NCBI GenBank assembly: GCA_964252035.1
Contig: OZ176203.1
Source of the DNA: Podarcis erhardii
Taxonomy: Eukaryota
Strand: one strand, 5' to 3'
Length of the DNA: 64,000 nt
The position numbers were made by a program, and so were the translations under genes. Shown here in pieces: positions 1-14,700 of this stretch (within the stretch, counting starts at the first letter, position 1; each line of letters opens with the position of its first letter). The notes below the pieces were generated by a model that saw only the letters and a list, made by a program, of their open reading frames with translations, ran no database searches and was not told the DNA's origin.

Positions 1-1389
1 TACAGAAATGAGGCCAAGGTAGGGTTGCTGTACTTTATGAATAGCCTCCTTATGTGAACACTTGCTTTACTCCTACTCCACCTATTCTGCAAATATTTTG
101 AGGGGGTAAAAGAAACGACAAGAGTCACCAACGGGAGAACAAAGACATAACATGCATGCATACGGGGCAAGAGCAGAAAAGAATGGCTGCTATTTATTTT
201 TTCAACCTATGATGTGATAGCAGAAAGGGGGAAAGAAACATTAAGAAGTAGATATAGCCCCTTCTGCTGTCCGTATGAATCATTCCTAAGGACAGGATTT
301 TGGAAACAGTTGGAAATCTGTCAGGATGCTTCCAGATAGAGAGTTCATAGTGCTACCATTGTTCTTCTGCTGTAAGCTAAAAGCAGAATGGCAAGCAGCC
401 ATTATCCATGATTCTGGACTCATCTTGCACTGCTCGATGTGTGCATCCCACTATATTACATATCTATGGTGGGCATGGCATAGCTGTGTGAGCAGTATTG
501 TCCTCTTCACCACCCCTCAACCATATTTCTGACATTTTGAAGCATGTGCTTCTCAGAACCATTTTAGCACCATTTTTGTGTGCATGCACCTGGATTTGTG
601 TCTATAGAGTGCCTACACTACAGGTCAAGATGATTGCAGCTCATCTTACTTCCAAGTAAGCATGGTTACACAATCGGGCTCTAATTCCTGTAGATTTCAC
701 CTGAGGGTGCCAGATTTCTAATGTAGCCAATTCCACAACTGGATTTAGAACAACACAATTTTCTCTGCTTGTTAGCTGTACTATCTACTACAGCACAATT
801 CTGGGGTATTCAACCAAATCTTACTCAGAGTAGACCTACTGAAATTAATAAACCTAAGTTACTCATGTCAGATAAGTTTGATGGGTTTATCCGACTAGGA
901 CTAGTGTTGAGTACCACTTTTGTTGTTTTTTTTACATAGTGTCTACAGCACAGGGCTGACAGATGCCTGCCTTCCAGGATTATAGGTGGAACCTACACAG
1001 ATTTTCTAAGAAAGCAAGTACATGGCTAGAGGATTGGAACTTTACAGGATTACAGACAAAATTTACATGTCTGTACTTGGAAGCAAGCACTGCTGTTTAC
1101 AGTGTGATCAACTAATTAAATAGCTTAAATTGAAATGTGTGGGTTGAGGAAATCTCATTCCAGGAAACAATTAATTGGTTGATCAAGTGAAAGGATTTGT
1201 GGTGCATGACATGAAATGGCTCCAAAACCAGAAAAGCATAGCAAGCAGTAGAGAAAGAAGGAACATACCTAACATGTAATTACCTTATCCAAGGACAACC
1301 CCTTCCATTGTCCTACCATTATCTGTAAATAGCTGGCAGTATTTACCTCCTTAACAGATTTTGAATGGTAAGAAAAAATATAGAGGAAG

Positions 1390-1520
1390 CATAGACTCAT
1401 AGAACTGTAGAGTAGGAAGGGACCATGAGGAACATCTCTAATCCAACCCCCTGCAATGCAGGAATTATTTTGCCCAATGTGGGGCTCGAACCCCAAACCC
1501 TGAAATCAAGAGTCTCAGTT
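1390..1520 (-). mobile_element. tRNA-derived SINE with CR1-type tail; shorter tail fragments at ~12811-12886, ~14183-14220, ~33047-33090
   Basis: catagaatcatagaa-type CR1 tail plus ggggctcgaaccc B-box remnant on the minus strand. Confidence 0.6.
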
Positions 1521-1540
1521 ATATGAAAATGTAGGACGAT

Positions 1541-1602
1541 AACAGTTACAATGGAATGGAAACAATGGAAACAGTTACAATGGAAACAGTTACAATGGAA
1601 AT
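1541..1602. repeat. Short tandem repeat, unit acagttacaatggaa
   Basis: Three full and one partial unit. Confidence 0.85.
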
Positions 1603-2954
1603 CTAATAAAATTGCATTAAGGAGGCATAGCAATTATACATTAGAAGCCTCATCTGGAAGCAATCCAGGCTTGCAAGTATGAAGCACGTCCTCCAAAAGT
1701 ATTTTTGATGGTTCCCATAATCTGTTTTCAGTGCTTAGTCAAAAACATATGAAAAACTACAATAAGAAGTTTTTACAGCATCCGAGAAATTTACTCTTTA
1801 AGAATGTGGAAAAACTTTATCTAGCAGCTCACAAATCTAGGATGAGATTTCTCAGTCTTAGGTATGATAACTCAAAAGTTAAGTTCTATGTTTACTCAGA
1901 AATAAATATGCATAGGCAAACTAAGAAGTCTAAGATTGCAGTTATACATATTTATTCCTAAAACCCAAAGAATTCAATAGAACTTACTGCTGAATAATCA
2001 TACTTAGGACTGTACTGGTAGTCAATTATTTAGTGTTTAAATACCTAGTTAATTGATTAGTAGTTAATCACCTAAGCTTTGTTACAGATCAAAGTGGCTT
2101 CCTCCAGTGGGGATTTTCTGAGTGTTCTGAAGATGGGTTAGCCTGTGTTCAAAGTGCTTCATGTACAGTACTTTATTTCAGTAATCCTTCCAGCAGTTCT
2201 ACAAGGTCGCTATTAATATCCTCATATTGCAGACTGGGGAAAGGGGCGAAGTTGAGAAAATAATGATTTGATTGTTTACAATACTGCACCAGCTGTTTCC
2301 CATTCCAATTAAATGTAACTTTTGCTTTCTTAATAATGTGGTATCCTTTGACTCTGCAACTGCAAGTTGTTCTCCAATTTCATCATTTCATCGTTCTCCA
2401 ATTTCATCATTTAGAAGCAAGGCAATGAATCAATCAAGACTTCAATCTTAAGCAAATTTACGAGGGAGTATGTCCTAGTTAACTGTGACATACTTCTGAG
2501 AACACATACATGATTTTCTGCCTTGTTAACTTTATAGATGCACTTACCTGGGAGAAAGAACCAATGAAGTTTGTAGGCATGCATTGGACTGGTATGTATA
2601 AATGCTGTGCAGCCAACAATTTGCATGTATACTCAGATATAAATCCTGATGTGTTGTGTGGACTTACTTTCAAGTAGATGTGCAGAGGGTTCTGATGATG
2701 CAGATTCTAGTCCAGGAAAGCTTATGCCACAATAAATTTATTATTGTTAACAGCCTCCTTCACTCTTCTGCCCCAATAGATCAGCACGGTGACTCCTCTG
2801 GAATTCCTAAGCAGCAATCTAAACACACCAGGAAGAGACATGTACAGGCTCTGTACATGCTCCACACATATGAAAGGTTCCAGGTTCAACCCTGCCCATC
2901 TTCAAGGAGGGCTGAAGAGCTGCTGTCAGTCAGTGTATAGACTCCAACTAAACA

Positions 2955-3137
2955 TCAGGAAGATATTTCTGATGGTAAAGAGCTGTTTGACTGTGGAACA
3001 GTCTCCCTTGGGAGGTGGTGGACTTGGAGGTTTTTAAGGAGAGGTTGGATGGCCATCTACCATGTATGATCTAGTAGAGATTCCTGCATTGAAGGGGGTT
3101 TGATTAATTACCCCCTTGTGGTCCCTTCCAATGCTAT
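2955..3137 (+). mobile_element. CR1 LINE 3' end fragment
   Basis: aggaagatatttctgatggtaaagagctg...gattcctgcattg...ggtcccttccaa, typical squamate CR1 terminus. Confidence 0.7.
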
Positions 3138-3872
3138 GCAGAAACCCTCCAAGGGTCCCTGTTTTCCAGGAACAGTCCCAGATTTACAGCAGCCATCTCA
3201 GTTTCTGATTTGATACTGCAATGTCCCACTTTTCCTTAGGATGTCCCTATTTTCTTCAGAGAAATGTTGGAGGACACAGAGTTTGGGGGGCCCTGAGCCA
3301 AGGAGATCAGTAACTATACAACCTTTAGAAGACATCTGAAGGGAGCTCTGTATAGGGAAGTTTTTTACGTTTTTATATATGCTGGAAGCTGCCCAGACTG
3401 GCTGGGGCAACTCAGTCAGATGGGGGGGGGGGAATAAATATTATTATTATTACGGAACAGTACGTTCCCTATTTTCATCAGAGAAATGTTGGCAAAGTAT
3501 GCTGTAATTCTCTAAGGTGCCTTCCTATGAGCAAGGCACAGAGAATGCTCCCTGCCACTTCCCCATGTTAACAGTACAATCCCCAATGGCGTTAGGGAAA
3601 CCCAACAAGATGTATAAATAGTAAAATAAAATAATAATACTCAGAAGTGAGCCCAGCTAAACTCAACGGTGGTTCCCCTCTGGTAAACTCAAATGGAGGA
3701 CGACAGGGCGAGGGGATGGAAGGAGCGAATCAGACGAATCAGACGAAGAACCGAGGCGGCTGATACTAACAGCGCTTTTCCTGACGCCGCTCGAAGCTTC
3801 GTCCCCTCAGCGCGCCCAAGGCCCGCTAGCGCCGCGCCGTCGGGGCCTGGCCAAAGCGCCCGCCTCTCGTAG

Positions 3873-4466
<594 letters not shown>

Positions 4467-7293
4467 TAAGGATAATAATTTAAAAAATCAAAACCCAAAA
4501 CCCTCCCACGCCGTTAACTTCCTCTCGGGGTGGTATTGGAGAGGGATAAGAAGGTGCCTTGGGGAGGGGGGAGTGGCGCGCGGCACTTGCTCGCGGTCTG
4601 TCAGCGCAGGCGAGGCGGCGCCGTTAGCCGGCCTGTGTGGGTTCCCCCCTCCCTGTTATATTTTTTAAATAATAACGAGCCGAGAGCGATGAATTAGGAA
4701 ATCCCGGAGGCGAGCAGCATTAGCCTGTTATTCGGCGCTCTCTGAGCGACCTCGTAGGCGGCAGCCTCGGGAGCGTGAAGCGTTTGTACCCGGCCTTTTG
4801 CCTCAGCCGGCGCTTTGCGAATCTATGGCTCTCGAGGCTTATATTTTTAACCTTCCGGGGGGAGCGTCGGATCGTGGAGTTGGAAGAGAAACCCCACAAC
4901 ACGGTCATCTAGTCCCACCCCGCCCCTGCAGTGCAGGAGCCTCAGCTGTGGCTTCGAATAATTATCATTTATTGAATGTATATACCGCCCTATACCCGGA
5001 GGTGGGCGGTTCACAGAACAAAATTAAAATATAAAACCACAACATACATTACATATAATCACAATAAAAACAACAACCCAATAATCCTCCCCCCAAAATC
5101 CCCACATTTTGAAAGAGAATAGGAAGCACTGAGAGATGTAGTAAGGCATGAACTCTCTGTACCTAAGGGAACGCCTAAGAACAAGACTCTTAAGCCCATT
5201 GCTACATATCTTGCTGTCAAGGGGACAGAGGTGTCTCTCTCCCCCCCCCCCCCCAAGCAGGCATTGCCATCAGCGTTGCAAGTTACTAGTGAGAACCTGC
5301 TATGGATCGGGAGTATTCCTGTTCAGGATGGTTAGTAAACGCTCACATTTGGTTGCTTCAGCCACTTTCCTCCCTTCTTGAACCCGATAATGTAAGCAAG
5401 CCAGGAACGCATAAAAGTATTTGTGGTTCTTTGATTATTGAGCTTAGATACACAACTTCCTGCTTTTATTGTCGCAAGTCTTCCCTTGATGCTGCTGTGC
5501 TACGGTTCCCATCATTTCTAACCCTTAGCCTTGCTGGCTGAAGCTGATGGAAGTGAAGGGCTGCAGGTAGTTCCCACCTATATGTCATACTTGTCCAGTA
5601 TTTATTTGTGCATGGTCTTTGGTTGCTATGCAGAGCTGTGGTGTTTGCCCTGGTACAACAGAGCTATAGTGGCAACCTTCTTTCCATATTCTGCCCCTTT
5701 CCATCAAATGTTGGATTACAAAATCCTCCCCTGTTGAATCAAATTGAGAAGAGGAGAAGGCCTCCATCTTGGGATAATTGTGTGGAAGAGATCTCAGCAA
5801 GTTCTACACAACTATTAAAGGAGTGTTGCCATCGTCCACATCTGGCTACACAAATTCTGAATCACAGTTGACCTCCTTCCTCTCCTATCTTAGCTAGAGA
5901 GAACAGAACTACACCCACTGCTAGATTCCACTTCTACCTGCTTTCCATTGGTAATCCTTTGTGCTACACATGGGATTGGGTAGAGGTGCTCTTGAGTTCA
6001 TTGTAAAACCTAATCTCACCTAATTTCCGCTTTGGTTTGCCACTTGTTATTAAAAACTCTGTCAGCCACCTGTTTGTGATGTTCAAGTTCTTGAACCCCT
6101 ACGCAGTTTGCTCTGACACTGATGTATTTGTTATGGCATCAAAGTTGTTCAGTCCTTAAAGAAAGGGAGTGTTCTGACTCTGCCTATGTTTGGCAACAAT
6201 AAATCTTACTGCGAAATGATCCTCTGATAGTGGATGAAGATTAATGTAATCAGGATTCTTTCATGTACACTGGTTTTCTTAGCAGTATCAGCATTTTCTA
6301 TGGTTCTGATACATTTTTCTGTAGAGCCCTATCAAAACACATAACTATTTTCTGTGGGCCTACTTCTCTTAGTAGAATTTAGTTGGATGCAACCCGAAGA
6401 ATAGTCAGTCGTTAAAAATAAAATTCCTTTGTGAGTGTAAGCAAGTACAAACAACTTTATAAACTGACACAGCATGCCAAGTTTCTGCTCCTAAATTATT
6501 GCAGCTTCTGTTTCCTTTCTCCCACTCTTGTAATGTTTCTTTTTCCTCATCTCTCATTTTGTCATCTTCTAGTGTTTGCCAAGAAGATGAAACCCTAGGA
6601 TATTATTAGGCGCCAGGCAAAAACATTTGTCTTCTCCTAGGCCTTTGTTGAATTAATGTATGTATGTTCTTTCAACGTGGGGGGGAGGGAGAGAGAGCGT
6701 TTTTGTTTGTTGCTATGTAACATACTTTTGTGTTTTTGTATTGTAAACTGCCCTATCATCCTCGGAAAAGGATGGTATATGAAGTAGTAGCAAATAAATA
6801 AATAAGAGGAAATAAACAGTATGTTGTGCTTTTAGCCTAATTACTCCCTGTGTAAGACATTTCTTTGTGATCTTATTTGGAAACATGTTAACAGCACTAA
6901 CTGGCAACAATTATCAGTTTGCATACCAAAGCAAAGTATGTGTTTACTAAATTACTTTCCCCCAAAGGGTGGATAAAAATAGATTTTAATAGGGCTTATT
7001 ATAATAACAGTGCAACTGAAACCCCTTCTGAACCAGGCAGGGATGGGTTGGATTGGGTAGAGGAGTCCCTCAGCCAGGTCTTCCGGCCTCTGCCTGTGAA
7101 GTGACACTGCCATCATTCTAGTGGCATGGAGTTCCCATTTCTGCCTGCAGAACACAAAGGCAGGTAAAAGTGCCACCAGTGGAATGTTTAGACAGCCTAC
7201 AAAAAGACTGACAATGGACCATGGGGGGTGGTTTGAGCCCTACAGGGGGATCTGCTGGATCTGAAGCCAGCCCCCACTACCATCACATTATGG

Positions 7294-7766
7294 CATGGGT
7301 CAGCAAACTAAGGCCCAGGGGCCAGATCCAGCCCAATTACCTTCTGGATCTGGCCTGCGGACAGTCCGGGAATTGCGGACGTGGGGATTCTGATCATTCG
7401 GGCTGCGCCATTCCCACCCCCTCTCACAAACCACGGCGGTGCCTCCTCCCTCCATCCACCTGGCTTCTCCCCGCCCTGCCTAGAGAAGGAAGGGGGCTGG
7501 GCTTTGTTGAGCTGCAGATGGCTGAGCGCCATTTTAAGAAGCCCCTCTACAGAGCCAGCCCTTTTGCACCGCTCATCATCCCTCCGCCACCCCCAGCCCC
7601 TGCCGCTCGCAAGGCACAGGTAAGCAGCCACTGGGGCTCGTCCGGTGCTGTGGAGAAGGGAGGGTTGGGTCGGGTTGTTGTTGTTGTTGTTTCAAAATAT
7701 AGTCCGGCCTCCCACAAGGTCAGAGGGACAGTGGTCTGGCCTGCGGAAAAAGTTTGCTGACCCCTG
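7294..7766. mobile_element. hAT-type non-autonomous transposon (MITE)
   Basis: TIRs catgggtcagcaaact / agtttgctgacccctg; 8-bp TSD cattatgg/cattatag; homologous to 50558-51102. Confidence 0.85.
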
Positions 7767-8281
7767 CATTATAGCATTGAGCCCAATGCAGGCCCAATTG
7801 CTGTGTCAGCTGCAGGCTTTCAGAAGGTCATAATATTCAGTAGCATTCTGTTGCAGATTCTACTTCTAAATGTATTAACTATATTTTGTACCAGAGACTA
7901 GAAGTCTTTGCAATTTGCTCATAAGCTGTAGTTATTAAAACTTTTATCTGCTGCATATGTGCAGGTTTTTTAAATGTACATTTTAAAGGAAACTATGAAC
8001 CTGTCCAATAACCATTGGTCTACTTTTTCTGAAAAGTTTTATGTATTTAATCATTGAATAACTGGTCTTGGTTGCTTATGTACAAAGAACAGTACTCCCC
8101 TATGTTTCTGCCCACCCTTTTCGAAAGAGCATACAGTCCTATAAAAGGTTTGTGGAGTTGTAGTGGATCACACACACACTCCAGGCTCTGATAGCATTAG
8201 TTAGAAATCAACATGCCCTGGGATCCATTATGATGAAGGGCAGGTTCGATATATATTAGTGTTAACATACACTTAATTTAG

Positions 8282-8637
8282 GATTGCGGGTTGCGCTGTG
8301 GGTAAAACCTCAGCGCCTAGGACTTGCCGATCGCATGGTCGGCAGTTCGAATCCCCGTGGCGGGGTGCGCTCCCGTCGTTCGGTCCCAGCGCCTGCCAAC
8401 CTAGCAGTTTGAAAGCACCCCCGGGTGCAAGTAGATAAATAGGGACCGCTTACCAGCGGGAAGGTAAATTGCGTTCTGTGTGCTGCGCTGGCTCGCCAGA
8501 TGCAGCTTGTCACGCTGGCCACGTGACCCGGAAGTGTCTGCAGACAGTGCTGGCTCCCGGCCTCTAGAGTGAGATGAGCGCACAACCCTAGAGTCTGTCA
8601 AGACTGGCCCGTACGGGCAGGGGTACCTTTACCTTTT
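8282..8637 (+). mobile_element. Sauria SINE, full length
   Basis: tRNA-derived head with B-box CAGTTCGAATCC, typical core, ACCTTT tail; 14-bp TSD tacacttaatttag/tacacttcatttag. Confidence 0.9.
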
Positions 8638-9963
8638 TACACTTCATTTAGAAAGTATCTTAAGTATAATGGCAATCAAATTACTCTTGATTAAAAGGAG
8701 AAATCAAATGTCTGTCCATAATGGTTCGTGTTTGGCTCTTTTTGCATTGCTTCAGTTTCTGCAGTGTGGGGAAAAAAGCAAAGATGGCACTAACAAAGCA
8801 GACAAGACCAACCTATGAAGCGTGGAAAATGGTAGAAATGGAATTGATGTACTTTGAAGAATTGGCAGGTTCAAATTATTGTTTAGAATGTCTTTTATTA
8901 CCCTAGAACACACCTGATGTTATATGTGATGTTTGATGAGGGGTAGGTGCAGATGAGGCTCCCAGTGCACAACTGGGAGACTTAAAGTGTGTTCCTGATT
9001 GGCAGTGACAGCAAGCCTCCCTTGCCAAAGTGTAGCCAGCTTATTGGCAGTGAGAGCAACCCAGCTGGAATCAGCTGTGCTATTGAGTCTCTCACCTAAG
9101 CACATACCAGCTGGCAGATGCTCACTTCTAGCTTCCTGGAATCTGCAGCACTGCTAACTTCCACATGATGAATTCAATAGTACAGCCAAGTGGAGCTGGA
9201 ACTGAGCACTGCCAGTTTGTAGGTGCTCAGTTCAAGTTCAATTTTTCTGCAGAAGTCAGCTCCAGATAGCTCAGCTCAGCTCTTTGAAGTGCTGCCATCA
9301 CCTGATGATGTGCCATTCAATGATTGACAGGTGTCGCCCCCCCAAAAAAAAAACCCTGTCAAGTTTGGCCCACAAGGGGTATGAGGAATAAGGTTCTGTC
9401 CTACCAGCCAGATCTAGCTTCCCACCCCTGGCCCTAGGGGAATTTCAACAGCATTAAAACTAACATACAAACCATAATCAAACACGCAAACAATATTTGG
9501 TAATTTCTCATTTCCTTTCATATATATCTGCCTACATATATATTTGCATTCTTTTGGCTTTTAAAAATGCTCATTCAAATATTGCTTTCTCTTGGTGACC
9601 TTTTATCTAGTTTGGAAATGAGTATTCTGTGGCTACTGTTTTTACTGAGTCCCTCCTTGGTGACAACCTTTTCAACTCTTTCCTGGGAGTAATATTGCTT
9701 TTGAGTAAACATGTATAGAATTCCTCTGTAAATTTCATAAATATGTAAAATAGTCTGATTTCACATGCAAACTTATAGCAACTTACGGTATATATTTTAT
9801 GTTATGTTCTTGTAATGAAAAACCATGGCTTATTTTTATATCTGAGAAGCTTTATGGTGAACAGGAATTGGCCACAGATTCTTTTAACTGTTTATGTGAT
9901 ATCAGGTTAATACAATGAGCTGTTTATATGACACCAGGTTAATACAGTGATGTGTATAATTAA

Positions 9964-10176
<213 letters not shown>

Positions 10177-10329
10177 TAATCTTATGCTGTAATTGTCAAA
10201 CTACAGGTTTGTGACTCACGTTGTTTGAATATATCCTTAAGAGAGGTATTTCAGTATCCTGGATAAGCTGTCTCTGGATTTGCTCCTGCTTGAATGACCT
10301 ATTTCAGAAGGTGATGCTGGGGATCATTA

Positions 10330-10800
10330 CTGCACCAGCCCATGGTTGTCATCTCCCGTGCCATTCAATACCGGCATCAAATGGTTAGGACATGTTATCT
10401 GGCATGGGCTGAGGTGTCATCAATCTGCAGATGACACCAAGCTATACACATCCTTTTACATCATATCCATGTGACACAGTGGTGTTGTAAACTACTACAG
10501 TCCATGGTTATGGACTGGATGAGGGCTGAAATAGAGACTCAGCCTAGACAAAATAAAGATATTGTGAATGGGCAATATTCTCATGATCTTCAACTTGTTT
10601 TGGATGGGGTTTCACTTCCTCTAAAGCAGTGATCACTTTTGAGGTACAGGTGAGCCCAGTGAATTAAAGTGTCTTTTATCCTCTTCATTTGACATGCAAA
10701 CTGTGGTGCTGTCAAACAGAGAGAGGTGAAAATTTTAGCTTGTCCAAAATAAGTGGTAGGAAGTTGATGCTTCAAGACACCTGGGGCTCTTTGAAGCAGT
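10330..10800 (+). mobile_element. L2 LINE reverse-transcriptase fragment, degraded
   Basis: GLRCHQSADDTKLY resembles the L2 CHQYADDTQLY catalytic motif. Confidence 0.65.
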
Positions 10801-10826
10801 AGTTTTATTTACGTATTGTTTAAATA

Positions 10827-11088
10827 TACCGTATTTTTTGCTCTATAAGACTCATTTTTTCCCTCCTAAAAAGTAAGGGGAAATGTGTGTGTGTGTGTGT
10901 GTCTTATGGAGCGAGTGCAGGCTGCGCAGCTATTCCAGAAGCCAGAACAGCAAGAGGGATCGCTGCACAGCGATCCCTCTTGCTGTTCTGGCTTCTGGGA
11001 TTCAGAATATTTTTTTTCTTGTTTTCCTCCTCCAAAAACTAGGTGCATCTTATGGTCTGGTGCATCCTATAGAGCAAAAAATACGGTA
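10827..11088. mobile_element. Tc1/mariner-type MITE
   Basis: TA-flanked TIRs ccgtattttttgctctata / tatagagcaaaaaatacgg; second copy at 31411. Confidence 0.85.
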
Positions 11089-11299
11089 TATACTGCTTTT
11101 CAGGTATTAAAAAAAATAGTCATCATAGGCCGTATCAGCTGGGGGTTGATGATATGTAGCTAATAATCTTTGGAGGTCTACATGACTCATATTCTACCTG
11201 CCTCTGGTCAAATATTTGCACATCTGTCCTATAGTCAGTCCAAGTCGCTTTGCTAATCTGTCATTACCCATTTTTTGTCTTCTGTCCAAGAATTCTTAG

Positions 11300-11440
<141 letters not shown>

Positions 11441-11626
11441 TAAGTAAGGTTTGGAGATATTTTGAGTAGTTGTGTGTCTAGTTAACTAACATAGAGCAGT
11501 AAACTCAGGTATTAACTGAGAAACGCAGAACAACAGGCAACTAATTGAGATGATTTCAATTAGACATGTTGAATTATGCTAAGTATTGTACCTTTAACAT
11601 GTCTTGTAACTTTACACATTTTACAG

Positions 11627-11712
11627 TGCAATCCTATACACATTTCCTCAGAAGTAAGTTCCGCTGCATTCAGTGGCCTTTTACTCCCATGCAAGTGTGC
11701 ATAGCATTGCAG
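11627..11712. repeat. Ancient palindromic MITE-like squamate repeat (related copies near 815, 3640, 28330, 48280-48500, 57970, 58350, 61320)
   Basis: gcaatcctatacac...gaagtaag...cttttact...gtgtgcatagcattgc imperfect hairpin recurring through the window. Confidence 0.5.
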
Positions 11713-14700
11713 CCAAAAGTGAAATCAATGTCTGTCATCCATGAAAGAGTGCATTTTTAAGTTAACACTATTAATTGCACTTTGTAGAATAAGCTATTAA
11801 GTATTTAAGAGCCTATAGCTATATTTAAAATATGACAGACCAATTAGTTATTTGTTAGAATAGAATTTTAGGTATGCACATGAGTAGGATTGGTAGTGTT
11901 TCATAGTAAGTTCTGTTCTTGCACTTTTAACTTTTTCTTTAAAGGTACTGTGTTCTTCAAAACATTCAGAAAATCTCACAAACAATGGCAACATACCGCA
12001 TGGACAAATTGGATGCACTGTTCACTAGAACTGTTGAGTATAAGCTGTATGGCTTATAATATAAATGATGTTAGCTTTTTCTCTTACAGCTAGTTTTAGT
12101 ATTTAAATAGTACTTTGTATCTTAATCTGAAGTATAAACTTTCCTTTTAGTACAATAAGAGTTTGGTGCTTGTTTAACCCTTTGGTTTCCATTTATTAAA
12201 TCGGCTAATACTGAAACTCAATAGAGAGATACCTTAAATCCTCTTACACATTTTATAAGTTATTCAACATAATGGTCTTGCTCAAAAAGTATATATCTCA
12301 TAGGTCTTCCATTGAATTATTCTAATAAATTCTTTAGACCTGTCCAAAATCTTTGGTCTTACCTGAAACTTGGTAAGTTTTCTCTCCCCCCCCCCCCCCC
12401 GTCTATACCCTTTTTAAAACATGAAATATTCTACTGAAGTTTTCAAATGCGGATGCCTAAATAGAGCCACATCTCAAATGGAGGACAAAAATTTATCTTA
12501 AATAGAAAACCTGACAATAAAAAAATGGAGATAGCAGGAAGATATAGAACTTACTGTGCAAGATAAGTTGTTTGAAGTAATGCTTGGGGGAAATAAAATA
12601 AGACCTATATAAAGTAAAATTACTGTATTTTGTAAGGACTGTGTTTCAGAATATAGTTGCTGTTAAATATTTATATTTGCTGTACTTTCAGACATTACAT
12701 AGCAAGCAGAGCACTTACTAGCACTCATTGTTCGTGCCAACTTAATACATTTAGCTTTTCTCTGGCTTTTTCCTTTGTTGGTTTCTCCATTAGGCCCACG
12801 GTCTTGACTCCATAGAATCATAGAATTGTAGAGGTGGAAGGGACCCCAAGGGTCATCTAGTCCAACCCTCTGCAATGCAGGAATTTCAACACTCGGTCCC
12901 CAGTTATCAAATCATCAGTGATTTGTGATAAATGGCAACATGCAAGTAACTTTTGAGTATGAGCAAAGATTCTGTTCTTACCAAATAATTTATTTAAAAA
13001 GTAGATTTCTAACACAAGCTTAGTTACCCTTCTTCCTTTCTGTGCTGTTGGGGGTCTAAAAGAACCTCAACAGATAAGACATGAGATTCAATTACTGTAA
13101 GGTTACTCAGTAGATTAATTTTTAAAAATCATTCCAGGCTCCAATTTTCTATCCCCTTTTGTCACAGAATATACATTCGTTCTGTCTGGGTTTTGACCAT
13201 TGGTGACCCCTTAATACAAAGCACCTTGAGTTTCCTACATGCTGGGTTATATATGTACACACCTGCTCATCTCAGGGAGCAGTTCTTTAGAACAATGGTG
13301 TTTGGTAACAACCAGCTTTGTGTTTGGCAAGCATGGAAACATATGGAATTAAATTGTTTCAATGTGATACCTGAAAGTACTAAAACTTCCAAATATGCAA
13401 AGCAGCCATTTTTTTAAGCAAACATTAATTTGATGCCTACTGTCATAATAATAAATTTACTGATCTACCTGCAAACATTTCAATTTGCTTTTGTTGTGGC
13501 AGTAATAATGCAAACCATTTGTATAGTATCATAAACATGCCAGGCATCACGTAAGCAAGATTCGTGTTGGGCATATAAGGAGCTATACATAGGCGGGTGG
13601 TTGAAAAAACTCATGAGCACTACTAGAACGATATGAGGGTTTCAGTTCTCAGTTCTAGTTTTCAGATCTAGATGTTGAAAATAAAGATGTTCTCATTAGG
13701 TACTGCAAGGTAGTTGGCAATACAGGTATCCGCTTTGAAAACTGAAGTTTAAGAGGTGGTCACATTGCACAAGATAATAAGTGAGTTTAAAAAAATAACA
13801 CACTCCATACTTTTTTGTCTTGCCTAACTTTGTTCTGATCACAAATATTCAGTAATGCTATTCAAAATGGCTTTTGCAATGTGTAAATTGTATTATGATA
13901 TATCAGTAGAATTCCTCCACTGAATTCGACCTTGGTTTTCTGTGGAGCTTAGTTTTAACCATACCTAAAATACTGACATTTTAAAAAAGATTAGGCAAAA
14001 TGCATTTCTAGTATCTTCATATAACTTGTTTGCTTAGGCAGATATATAAATCTGTCATTTTGGAAACATGGATTAAAAATACAATACAGTAATGCACATT
14101 CACGCCCTCCCATCTGATGTCAAAGTGATAAACAACTACCTGACATTCAGAAGACATCTTAAGGCAGCCCTGTTCAGGGAATCATAGAATCATCGAGTCC
14201 AACCCCCTGCCAAGCAGGGAAGTTTTTAATGTGTGACATTTTAGTGTATTTTTGGTCTCTCTGGAAGCCGCCTTATTATTATTAGGCCTGAAATGAACAT
14301 CCAAGGCTTCATTGTCTTTTTCATGGTGAAAAATCTTGTAAGGTTAAATTCACATTGCAGTGATATTTCATAATTGAAATACTGTTTTAAAGCATGACTA
14401 TTTTGCTTGCTTTAGCATTTTTATGTTTTACTAATAACATTTTTGCCCGTTTAATTGGGAATGGGAGGCTCTTAGCCTGAAACTTTTAATGAATTCCAAT
14501 TTAAAAAACAACAACAAAAAAACCTAGCAATTCTGAAATAAGGCGATTAAAATAAGAAAGTGTTGCTTTCCCTAATGCTGAAGTTGGATCCCTTGAGTTG
14601 TGTATATTTAATAGACAGCAATGTTAAATGTACCCCAGTGGAAAATATTTTGATGTGTTTTGTTGGATTTTACCTTCTCATTTTAGCTGGAGCATATTCT

